From positions 1 through 59,512 of the forward strand of contig DCHM01000009.1 of assembly GCA_002314835.1 (NCBI GenBank): a stretch of DNA of 59,512 nt, in the 5' to 3' direction. The notes under the pieces were generated by a model. It had not been told where the DNA came from and did not search any database. It saw only the letters and a program-made list of their open reading frames with translations. The stretch is from Clostridiales bacterium UBA1752 (GTDB taxonomy: Bacteria > Bacillota > Clostridia > Oscillospirales > CAG-382). The translations under genes and the position numbers were made by a program. Of the stretch, positions 24,640 to 32,697 are shown piece after piece (positions within the stretch are counted from its first letter, which is position 1; every line of letters starts with the position of its first letter).

Positions 24640-26427
24640 TCAGTGTCTTCCCCACGGGTTGCCGCCGGGACCGCCCTGCTGACCGCCGCCGCCCTGCTGA
24701 CCGCCGCCCATGCCGCTTCCGCTACCGGTTACGGTATCTGTTACGGTGACGGTCTGAGTTTCGGTGCCCATTGTTACGGTATATGATTTGCCGACCTCAA
24801 TGTCGGGGTGAGAAATAACTACGTTTGAGTAAGCCTTGGCAGGCGTAAACTCGTATATCACTCCGTCGTCACCGCTGATACTAAACTTACTGCCGCCTGC
24901 GACGGTCTTTGACGTGCTGACCATAACCGAGCACTGAGTAGTGCCAGTGGTGGCGTTTTCCGCCATTCCCGAGCTGCCTGCGGCGACTACGATGCCGCCC
25001 GTGATAACCATACCGGATTCGTAGTCGAGCGCACCGTTGCCGTTATCGGTGGGGCCGCTGACGAGGAGTATGCCGCCCGAAACGGTTATGTCGCCGTTAG
25101 AATCCACACCATCACCGCTCGCGTTGACGTAAGTGATGCCGCCGCTGATGACCAAATGATAATCGCCTGCGTTGCTGCCGCCGCCAAAGGGATTAAAGCC
25201 CTGGCGCATACCGCCCTGAGTATCTGAGCCGCCTGCGGCATTGATGCCGTCGTCACTCGATACTATGCTGATTTCGCCGCCCGAAATATAGACGTTTTGA
25301 CCTTCGAGCCCTTCGTACGACTTGGTTATATCCAGCTTGCCGCCCGTGACGTAAACGTTGCCGTCAGAGTGCACGCCGTCGTCGCCCGACGACAGAGTGG
25401 TGTCACCGCCTGCAACAGTTAGCGTGCCTGCACAGTGGAGCGAGTCGTCTATCGAATCAATGACCGTCGTGCCGCTCAAAATCTGCAAGTCGCCGCCCGA
25501 TTTGATGCCCTTGCGGCTTACGGTGTCGTTATAAGACTTTGAACTGCCGTTGCCTGACGTGATATTGAGTACGCAGTTGCCGACGGTCACGAGATTAGTC
25601 GCGTGGATGCCGTCCTCACTGCTCGTGATGTTGATTATGCCGCCGTTTAGCGCGATATAGCCCTTTTCCGCGTCCTCGTCCTCGCTCGACTTGATGCCTG
25701 CGCCGCCTGCTTTTATCGTGACGACACTGCCCGATTCGACGCTTACGCTGTCCTTGCCCCTTACGGCGTTATCCGCCGCGGTGACGGTGAGCGAAGCACA
25801 TATTATCTTGATGTCGTTAGTTGACGAAATGCCGTTGTTGTAATTGCCTACGACAGTCAGCGAGCCGTTGCCCTTTACAGTTAAGTCGTCCTTTGACCAT
25901 ATACAGGCGTTTGCTTCGCCGCCGTATGTGTAGCTCGACGCGTCGGTGAGAGTCGAAACGCTCCCCTCGGGCACTATGACCTTGATGCGGTCGCTCGACA
26001 AGCCCTCGATAACGGGGCCGTCCTTGCTCGACAGATTTGCGTTATACAGAGCAATCTCTACCTGCTCGTCCTTTGATACGTTTACGCTTATGCGGCAGTC
26101 GTCGCACGAGCCGCTGACGGCGTAAACGCCTGCCTTGCTTATCGTGACGGTATTGCCGTCTGCAGTGGCTCCGGTGCCGCTGACAGTGACAGACGAGTCA
26201 AAGGTAATCCTGCAGTCGTACTCGCCGTCTATAACGCCGTCGTCTATCGTATCCTGGCTGAATTCCTGTGAAACAGATACGGTCTCGGGAGCATTTGCTC
26301 CGCTGTCCGACGTTTCGCCCGCACTTTTGGACGTTTCGTCCACGTGGCTTGTGGGTGCGATGCTTTTAACGCTGCACGAGCATAATATAATAGCGATAAC
26401 CGCCAGTAATAAGATTAGTTTTTTCAT
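24640..26427 (-). CDS. Cthe_2159-family-like beta-helix carbohydrate-binding lipoprotein with a Gly/Gln-rich tail
   Basis: Lipobox ILCSC. Many repeats of the type GG.I.I.S.DDGI.(A/S). C-terminus GSGSGMGGGQQGGGGQQGGPGGNPWGRH. ATG at 26427 has a GGAGGTG RBS. Confidence 0.75.
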   Translation of the reverse strand: MKKLILLLAVIAIILCSCSVKSIAPTSHVDETSKSAGETSDSGANAPETVSVSQEFSQDTIDDGVIDGEYDCRITFDSSVTVSGTGATADGNTVTISKAGVYAVSGSCDDCRISVNVSKDEQVEIALYNANLSSKDGPVIEGLSSDRIKVIVPEGSVSTLTDASSYTYGGEANACIWSKDDLTVKGNGSLTVVGNYNNGISSTNDIKIICASLTVTAADNAVRGKDSVSVESGSVVTIKAGGAGIKSSEDEDAEKGYIALNGGIINITSSEDGIHATNLVTVGNCVLNITSGNGSSKSYNDTVSRKGIKSGGDLQILSGTTVIDSIDDSLHCAGTLTVAGGDTTLSSGDDGVHSDGNVYVTGGKLDITKSYEGLEGQNVYISGGEISIVSSDDGINAAGGSDTQGGMRQGFNPFGGGSNAGDYHLVISGGITYVNASGDGVDSNGDITVSGGILLVSGPTDNGNGALDYESGMVITGGIVVAAGSSGMAENATTGTTQCSVMVSTSKTVAGGSKFSISGDDGVIYEFTPAKAYSNVVISHPDIEVGKSYTVTMGTETQTVTVTDTVTGSGSGMGGGQQGGGGQQGGPGGNPWGRH

Positions 26428-26478
26428 ACTTTTCACCTCCGATGCGGCAATAATAGTATGCGTCACTTAAACCTCACT

Positions 26479-26507
26479 TAAAAAAAGTTTCGGCAAAAGC
26501 CGAAACT
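26479..26507 (-). terminator. Rho-independent terminator after the WYL gene
   Basis: Stem AGTTTCGGC/GCCGAAACT followed by T7 on the minus strand. It overlaps the TAG stop. Confidence 0.75.
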
Positions 26508-27468
26508 ATTTGTATATTTCCGCATTTTTTTGTGCGAGCGCCTTGATTCGGGCTGCCGTTTCGGGTGGGTCTATCACCTTGATGTCGCCGCCAAAGCTCA
26601 TTATCCAGCCGAGGAATATAGGCGACGGCACCACGCTCACCGTGACAAAAAAGCTGCCCCTGCCGCTGTTTAATATCGGCAGTCTGCCGAATCTGTCTAT
26701 GATAACGCCGAGCTTGTCAGACGCGACCTCGAGCCTTACGCTGACGCTCTCTCCGCCGAACATACCAAAGGTCTTGCCCGTCGCCTTTGAATATTCGTCG
26801 CCGCCCTTGCGTCCGACTCTCACCGTTTCGATAGCCGCTATCTTGTCAACGCGGTAGTTGCGCAAACCGTGCACCTGCTCGTCGTACGCCGTGAGATAAT
26901 AAAAACCGTCGTCGAACCTCAGCGCCCACGGCGAAACGATATGCTTTTGACCGTTGCGCCTCGGCACCATTTCCACACTGCCGTCCTTGACGGCGTAGGT
27001 ATAATAAGTAAAGCTTATCGCATTGTCGCCGAAGATGGCGTTTTGCAATGCGTCCACCGTGTTATAGACTTTTTCGTTTACGGTTTTGACGCTCGTCTGC
27101 ATGGTACGCGCCTCGAGCGAAGCACGCTCGGATTTCGGTGCAAAGGCGGCGAGCTTTTTGACGAGGACGGCGGTCTTTTTTTCGGTAATAAAGCTCGACG
27201 AAAGCACGCTGTCTATCAGCAGTCTCAGCTCGACGGTCTCAAACTCCCTCTCGCCGAGAAAACAGCCCTTTTCGGTGCGTATAATATCAAAGCCGTAGGA
27301 TTCGAGCGTTTGCAGGTCGTCGTAAATGCTCTTGCGCTCGGCACTGATGCCCTGCAGTGACAGAGCGTTAATAATCTGCGTGGCGTTTAGTGGGCGCGTT
27401 TCGTCCGTGTCACGCAGGATATCGAGTAAATATAAGAGCTTTAGCTTTTGCCCGTACGACTTTGACAT
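26506..27468 (-). CDS. HTH + WYL-domain transcriptional regulator
   Basis: N-terminal wHTH (KLLYLLDILRDTDE...LNATQIINAL). WYL core HIVSPWALRFDDGFYYLTAYDEQVHGLRNYRVDKI. 320 aa. Confidence 0.85.
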   Translation of the reverse strand: MSKSYGQKLKLLYLLDILRDTDETRPLNATQIINALSLQGISAERKSIYDDLQTLESYGFDIIRTEKGCFLGEREFETVELRLLIDSVLSSSFITEKKTAVLVKKLAAFAPKSERASLEARTMQTSVKTVNEKVYNTVDALQNAIFGDNAISFTYYTYAVKDGSVEMVPRRNGQKHIVSPWALRFDDGFYYLTAYDEQVHGLRNYRVDKIAAIETVRVGRKGGDEYSKATGKTFGMFGGESVSVRLEVASDKLGVIIDRFGRLPILNSGRGSFFVTVSVVPSPIFLGWIMSFGGDIKVIDPPETAARIKALAQKNAEIYK

Positions 27469-27469
27469 A

Positions 27470-28171
27470 TTACAGTCCTCCGTTTACGTCCAAAACGGCT
27501 CCCGTGATATAAGACGCCTCTGCGGAAGCCAAAAAGTATATGCTGCGAGCGATTTCGGACGCCTCTGCCATACGCTCGAGCGGTATGCCGTCCGTAAAAT
27601 CCACTATATCGCTGTACGAAAGGTCGCCGTTCATATCGGTATCGACTATGCCGGGGCAAACGCAATTTACGCGTATGCCGCTCGGTCCGACCTCCTTGGC
27701 AAGCGCCTTGGTAAACCCGATGACGGCGGCTTTTGCGGTCGAATAATCGACCTCGCACGAGGCTCCGTCCCTGCCCCAGATAGACGAAACGTTGATGATA
27801 ACTCCGTCCTTGCGGTGCAAAAGGTGCGGCAACAAAAGCCTCGACGCCTCGACCGTGCCGTACAGGTCTGTCATATATATCTCTCTTGCCTGCTCGTCCG
27901 AAACGGCGTCAAACGGCAGTCTGAGAGCCACGCCGGCGTTATTGACGAGCACGCAGGCGTCGCTGTGTGCCTCTATCAGCTTTTTAAGCTCGGATTTGTC
28001 GGTAATATCACAGCAAAAAGGTATGATATTATCGCTTTGCAACGACTTTGCCGCACTTTCGTCCGAGCGGTAAACCGCGATGACCGTATAACCGTTTGCG
28101 GCAAAAAGCTCGCTGACCGCGCGTCCTATGCCGCGCGTGCCTCCCGTGACGATAACCTTTTTAATATCCAT
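27470..28171 (-). CDS. SDR-family oxidoreductase (FabG-like)
   Basis: TGGTRGIG cofactor motif, NNAG, and a Y-x3-K catalytic pair (YSTAKAA). The ATG at 28171 overlaps the rnj 3' end. Confidence 0.9.
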   Translation of the reverse strand: MDIKKVIVTGGTRGIGRAVSELFAANGYTVIAVYRSDESAAKSLQSDNIIPFCCDITDKSELKKLIEAHSDACVLVNNAGVALRLPFDAVSDEQAREIYMTDLYGTVEASRLLLPHLLHRKDGVIINVSSIWGRDGASCEVDYSTAKAAVIGFTKALAKEVGPSGIRVNCVCPGIVDTDMNGDLSYSDIVDFTDGIPLERMAEASEIARSIYFLASAEASYITGAVLDVNGGL

Positions 28172-29942
28172 AAACGTCCTGTGCAAATACCGTCATGATG
28201 ACGGGATTGCGTTTCATGCGCTGACCGAGCAGGCTGCCCAGCTCGTCGCGAATCTTGGTTTTGAGCGTAACGGGGTCGTTTACGCCCTTGCGTAAATACT
28301 TCTCTATAATGCGAGTGACCTCGCCCTCGATTTCCTCAATGAGCTTTGAGTTTTCCTTGACGTAAACAAAACCCTTGGTGATTATTTCGGGCTTGGAAAT
28401 CAGCATTTCGTTTTCAAAATCGACCGTTGCGTTAATGACGATAAGTCCCGACTCGGATAGCTGCCTGCGGTCGCGCAGTACCGACGTGCCTACGTCACCT
28501 ACGCCGTTGCCGTCAACCAAAAGCTGTCCCGCCTCGACGGTGGTACCGTTGTGGACTGCACCCTTTTTGCCGAGCTCTATAACCCTGCCTATCTCGGGAA
28601 TGAGTATATTTTTGGGGTTCATGCCCATGCTCTTGGCAAGCCGAGCGTGAGCCACGAGGTGCTTATATTCTCCGTGAACCGGCACGAAATTTTCCGCCTG
28701 AGAAAGGAAATGTATCAGCTTCAGCTCCTCGCGGCAGGCGTGACCGCTGACGTGAACGCTGTCGTTGTACGCCGTGATAACCTCGGCACCGCGCTTGGAA
28801 AGCTCGTTGACGACGTTGGTTATCAGCTTTTCGTTGCCGGGGATGGAGGACGACGACAGTATAACGAGGTCGCCGCTCGTTATGGCTATTGCCGAATGCT
28901 CGCCGAAAGCCATTCGGTAGAGCGCACTCATAGGCTCACCCTGCGAGCCGGTGGTGACGAGCACTGTTTTTTCGGGCGGATAGTGCTTGAGGTCGGCGCT
29001 GTCAATGAGCAGACCGTCGGGAATCTTGATATATCCGAGCTTGGTCGCCGCCTTCATGACGTTGAGCATCGAGCGGCCGAAGAGTGCGACCTTGCGTCCC
29101 TGCTTTTCGGCGGCATTCAGTATCTGCTGAATGCGGTGCACGTTGGTAGAGAAGGTAGCCACGATTATACGGCGCTCACAGCCCGTAAAAATGCGGTCGA
29201 ATGCGTCGGCTATCGTGCTTTCGCTCGGGGTGTAGCCGGGGTTCTCGACGTTGGTGGAATCGCACATCAAGAGCCTTATGCCCTTGGAGCCGAGCGCCGC
29301 GATGCGCGGCAGGTCTATCGGCTTTTGTCCCACGGGGGCAAAATCCACCTTAAAGTCGCCCGTGTGCAAAATCCTGCCTACGGGTGTCGAAATGCAAAAC
29401 GCCACCGCGTCGGGTATCGAGTGGTTTACGCCGATAAATTCGACGTCAAAGCACCCCTCGCCCACCGTTTCGCCTGGCTCTATGTCGATAAGCTCGGCGT
29501 TTTTGATGCCGTGCTCCTGCAGCTTGCCCTCGACTATGCCGAGCGTGAGACGCGTGCCGTAAACGGGCACGTTCAGCTCGTCGAGGAAATACGGCACGGC
29601 TCCGATGTGGTCCTCGTGTCCGTGGGTGAGGAAGAGTGCGCGCAGCTTTTCGCTGTTGTTTTTGAGATAAGTAAAATCCGGTATGACGAGGTCTATGCCG
29701 AGCATATCGCCTTCGGGGAAGGCTACGCCGCAGTCAACCACGATGATGTCGTCGCCGTATTCAAAGGCGGTCATATTCATGCCTATGCCGTCAACGCCGC
29801 CGAGGGGGATGATTTTGAGCACGTTTGAGTTGTCAATGCGCTCGGATTTTTGTTTTTTTGCCTTTTTGGGCTGTTTTGCCGTCTCGGGCTTTGCTTTGGA
29901 GAGCAGGCCGAGGGCTTTTTTGTCTTTTTTTGTCTTTGCCAT
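28161..29942 (-). CDS. rnj: Ribonuclease J
   Basis: Metallo-beta-lactamase motif THGHEDHIG, a beta-CASP region and an RNase J C-terminal domain. ATG at 29942 has an AGGAGA RBS, and the N-terminus is Lys-rich. Confidence 0.93.
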   Translation of the reverse strand: MAKTKKDKKALGLLSKAKPETAKQPKKAKKQKSERIDNSNVLKIIPLGGVDGIGMNMTAFEYGDDIIVVDCGVAFPEGDMLGIDLVIPDFTYLKNNSEKLRALFLTHGHEDHIGAVPYFLDELNVPVYGTRLTLGIVEGKLQEHGIKNAELIDIEPGETVGEGCFDVEFIGVNHSIPDAVAFCISTPVGRILHTGDFKVDFAPVGQKPIDLPRIAALGSKGIRLLMCDSTNVENPGYTPSESTIADAFDRIFTGCERRIIVATFSTNVHRIQQILNAAEKQGRKVALFGRSMLNVMKAATKLGYIKIPDGLLIDSADLKHYPPEKTVLVTTGSQGEPMSALYRMAFGEHSAIAITSGDLVILSSSSIPGNEKLITNVVNELSKRGAEVITAYNDSVHVSGHACREELKLIHFLSQAENFVPVHGEYKHLVAHARLAKSMGMNPKNILIPEIGRVIELGKKGAVHNGTTVEAGQLLVDGNGVGDVGTSVLRDRRQLSESGLIVINATVDFENEMLISKPEIITKGFVYVKENSKLIEEIEGEVTRIIEKYLRKGVNDPVTLKTKIRDELGSLLGQRMKRNPVIMTVFAQDVYGY

Positions 29943-29981
29943 ATATATTTCTCCTATTATAAACATAACTATACATATACT

Positions 29982-30010
29982 ATTATGTATCAACATACTA
30001 TTTTTGTCAA
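29982..30010 (-). promoter_or_regulatory. Candidate rnj promoter
   Basis: On the minus strand: TTGACA, 17 nt, CATAAT. Its -35 overlaps the -35 of the divergent murA promoter. Confidence 0.5.
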
Positions 30011-30032
30011 GTGCCAAAAGTTCGCATATAAT
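30004..30032 (+). promoter_or_regulatory. Candidate murA promoter
   Basis: TTGTCA, 17 nt, TATAAT. Confidence 0.55.
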
Positions 30033-30103
30033 ATTATTGACTTTTTCAAAAAAAATGGTATGATTAAAGTGTATATAAATATGTTTTACCGAAAGGTTTA
30101 TCT

Positions 30104-31369
30104 ATGGAAAGACTGTATGTCAACGGCGGCAAGCCGCTAAAAGGTACAATCGAGGTCGGCGGTATGAAAAACGCCGCACTGCCTATCCTGTTTGCCACCA
30201 TACTCATCGGTGACAAATGTATTATCGAAAATCTGCCCGAAATCAAAGATATAGATAACGCACTTAATATCATCAAAGCCATGGGTGCCAAGCTGCGCAA
30301 GCTCCGCAAGGGCGCGTGGGAAATCGACACCCGTGACGTAATACCCTGCTCGGCTCCCGACGAGCTGGCAGGCAAAATGAGAGCTTCGTACTACGTGCTC
30401 GGAGCAGAGCTGGCACGCTTTGGCAAGGCTTACACCGCCTGCCCGGGCGGCTGTGACTTTGGCAAACGTCCCGTTGACCAGCACATCAAGGGCTTTGAGG
30501 CGCTCGGCGCCACCGTCACGCAGGACGTGAGCGGCATACACTGCAACGCCGAAGGCGGTCTCACGGGCAATCAGATATATATGGACGTGGCGAGCGTCGG
30601 TGCCACGATTAACGTTATGCTCGCGGCTGCTACGGCAGAAGGTCAGACCGTCATCGACAACGCCGCGCGCGAGCCGCACATCGTTGACGTAGCCAACTTT
30701 TTAAACTCCTGCGGCGCCGACATCAGAGGCGCAGGCACCGAGGTTATCAAGATAAACGGCAAAAAAGACCTGCACGGTGAAACCTACGCTATCATCCCCG
30801 ATATGATAGAGGCAGGCACCTACATGGCGGCGGCTGCTGCCACGGGCGGCGACCTGACCGTTACCAACGTAATACCCAAGCACCTTGAAACCATCACTGC
30901 CAAGCTGCAGGAAATGGGCTGTGACGTCACCTCTGACGGTGACAGCGTGCGCGTCGTCGGCAATCTGCCGCTCAAAAAAGCGCGTATCAAGACGCTGCCC
31001 TATCCCGGCTTCCCCACGGATATGCATCCTCAGTTTTCGGTACTGCTCGCGATAGCAGAGGGCGAAAGCCGCATGACCGAAAGCGTTATGGAAAACAGGT
31101 TTAAGTACGTCGAGGAGCTACGCCGTATGGGCGCGGAAATCGAGGTTGACGAAAAAACCGCCATCATAAAAGGCGTGCCCGAGCTGCACGCCGCCACCGT
31201 GCGCGCCACCGACCTCAGAGCAGGCGCCGCAATGGTTATAGCCGCGCTCGCTACCAACGGCGGCACCTGGATAGACGACGTTTATCACATCGAACGCGGT
31301 TACGAGGATATGTGCGGCAAGCTCGTCGCCTGCGGCGCGGATATACGCAAGATTAAAGTCGAAATCTAA
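30104..31369 (+). CDS. murA: UDP-N-acetylglucosamine 1-carboxyvinyltransferase
   Basis: GGMKNAALPIL, an active-site PGGCDFGKRPVD (Cys present) and an EPSP-synthase-fold length of 421 aa. Confidence 0.95.
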   Translation: MERLYVNGGKPLKGTIEVGGMKNAALPILFATILIGDKCIIENLPEIKDIDNALNIIKAMGAKLRKLRKGAWEIDTRDVIPCSAPDELAGKMRASYYVLGAELARFGKAYTACPGGCDFGKRPVDQHIKGFEALGATVTQDVSGIHCNAEGGLTGNQIYMDVASVGATINVMLAAATAEGQTVIDNAAREPHIVDVANFLNSCGADIRGAGTEVIKINGKKDLHGETYAIIPDMIEAGTYMAAAAATGGDLTVTNVIPKHLETITAKLQEMGCDVTSDGDSVRVVGNLPLKKARIKTLPYPGFPTDMHPQFSVLLAIAEGESRMTESVMENRFKYVEELRRMGAEIEVDEKTAIIKGVPELHAATVRATDLRAGAAMVIAALATNGGTWIDDVYHIERGYEDMCGKLVACGADIRKIKVEI

Positions 31370-31803
31370 CTTTCGAGCATACCGAATACCGCTATCGTAA
31401 ACATATCGAGCGCCTTTTTGCGGTCGGTGTATAAGCAACTCCTTTCGCGGTAATATTTATCGCACAGGTCCTCCGCAACGCCCTTGCGGTCATTTATAAA
31501 AAATTCGGTCAGCACGACTTTTTGATAGTCACTCAGCACGCTCATACCGATTTCTATCATCTGTAATTCACGCTCGACGACCTTGGTGCGGTGCGCACAC
31601 TCGGCTATGCGGTCTGTGATAGCCGCGAGCCTGTCCTGCCCGTCACCGTAGGCACGTGTATGCGGCATACCGTCGTATGTAGGCGACTTGCAGTCGGTAA
31701 GTGCGGCGTCGAGCTGCTCCCTTTGCAGTTCCAGCGACTTTACTGCCGCCTCGAGCTGCTTTTTACGTTTTAATAAGTCTTTTGCGAGTTGTCTGTAATC
31801 CAT
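31366..31803 (-). CDS. Small coiled-coil + sigma-70 region-4-like HTH protein (phage-type regulator-like)
   Basis: Start MDYRQ at 31803 has an AAGGAGA RBS. The C-terminal LSDYQKVVLTEFFINDRKGVAEDLCDKYYRERSCLYTDRKKALDMF resembles region-4/DUF1492-like regulators. Its stop overlaps the murA stop (CTAA). Confidence 0.5.
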   Translation of the reverse strand: MDYRQLAKDLLKRKKQLEAAVKSLELQREQLDAALTDCKSPTYDGMPHTRAYGDGQDRLAAITDRIAECAHRTKVVERELQMIEIGMSVLSDYQKVVLTEFFINDRKGVAEDLCDKYYRERSCLYTDRKKALDMFTIAVFGMLES

Positions 31804-31878
31804 TTCTCTCCTTTGCAATTTGCTCCTAAATCAAAGCTTCATCTAATAGGACACCCCTTTGGTGCCATCTGTGACGAC

Positions 31879-31907
31879 ATTGTAGCATCCCGAATATTGG
31901 TTGTCAA
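31879..31907 (-). promoter_or_regulatory. Near-consensus promoter of gene 31366-31803
   Basis: On the minus strand: TTGACA, 17 nt, TACAAT. Confidence 0.55.
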
Positions 31908-31916
31908 TGAGCAAAA

Positions 31917-31930
31917 CGAACAAATGTTCG
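31917..31930. promoter_or_regulatory. LexA/DinR (Cheo) box
   Basis: CGAACAAATGTTCG is a perfect match to the Firmicutes consensus CGAAC-N4-GTTCG. Confidence 0.55.
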
Positions 31931-32049
31931 ACATTCTTTTTGGCTATCCGATATTCAGGACTTGTTATACCCACATTATATTACTTTACTCCGTCGATTT
32001 CATCCTAATTTTGTCGGTGAAAAGTCGGTGAGAAACGAGACGAAACGTT

Positions 32050-32685
32050 ATGATACTTGACGAAATACGCACAAACACGGCTCTCGGCAGGGTTCCGCAG
32101 GTAAAGCAGGGCGTAGCCGACGCACTCGCGTCGGGCGTTACTGCCAACGAAATACTGCAAGCCGCACTGCTCGCCGCCATGAACGACGTGGGCGAAAAGT
32201 TTAAGGCAGGACAGGCCTTCGTGCCCAATATGCTCGTCGCGGCGCGCGCCATGACCGAGGGGCTTGAGTTGCTAAAGCCTTATCTCGCCGCCTCCGCTAA
32301 CCAAAAGGTCGGCACTGCAGTCGTCGGCACGGTCAAGGGCGACCGTCACGACATAGGCAAAAAGCTCGTCTCGATTATGCTGCGGGGCAAGGGCTTTGAG
32401 GTCATCGACCTCGGGGTTGACGTCACTGCGCAAAGGTTCGTAGATACCGCCGCCGAGAGCGGCGCGTCTGTAATATGCTGCTCGGCTCTGCTCACTACCA
32501 CCGTGCCCGAAATGCAGGAGGTAGTAAGGCTCAGAGACCAAAAAGGTCTGTCGGGCAGACTGTTTGTGCTCGTCGGCGGCGCCGCAGTCACCGAGGAGTA
32601 CGCATCCTCCATCGGTGCCGACGGATACACCGTTGACGCCGCTTCCTGCGCCGATTTGGCGCTAAAGCTGACCAATTCTATTTGA
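32050..32685 (+). CDS. Cobalamin-binding (corrinoid) protein, MtaC/MtbC-like
   Basis: A B12-binding_2 helical cap followed by a Rossmann domain carrying the DxHxxG motif (GDRHDIGK). Confidence 0.85.
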   Translation: MILDEIRTNTALGRVPQVKQGVADALASGVTANEILQAALLAAMNDVGEKFKAGQAFVPNMLVAARAMTEGLELLKPYLAASANQKVGTAVVGTVKGDRHDIGKKLVSIMLRGKGFEVIDLGVDVTAQRFVDTAAESGASVICCSALLTTTVPEMQEVVRLRDQKGLSGRLFVLVGGAAVTEEYASSIGADGYTVDAASCADLALKLTNSI

Positions 32686-32697
32686 CGGAGTAATTAT

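Noticed and set aside
10033-26505. Search for c-di-GMP riboswitches or other long leaders upstream of the surface-protein genes
   Set aside because: Each candidate promoter sits only about 30-45 nt from its start codon, which leaves no room for a riboswitch aptamer.
28551-29828. 425-aa ORF on the plus strand, antisense to rnj
   Set aside because: It lies entirely inside a gene with unambiguous RNase J motifs. The product is Arg/Ala/Gly/Val-rich low-complexity with no recognisable motif. Long stop-free antisense frames are expected in GC-rich, codon-biased genes.
32011-32049. GGTGAAAAG sequence upstream of the corrinoid protein gene, reminiscent of the cobalamin-riboswitch core (GGTGAAAATCC)
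   Set aside because: Only about 40 nt are available before the ATG. There is no B12 box (GCCACTG-like) and no flanking paired elements. It is too short and incomplete for a cobalamin riboswitch.
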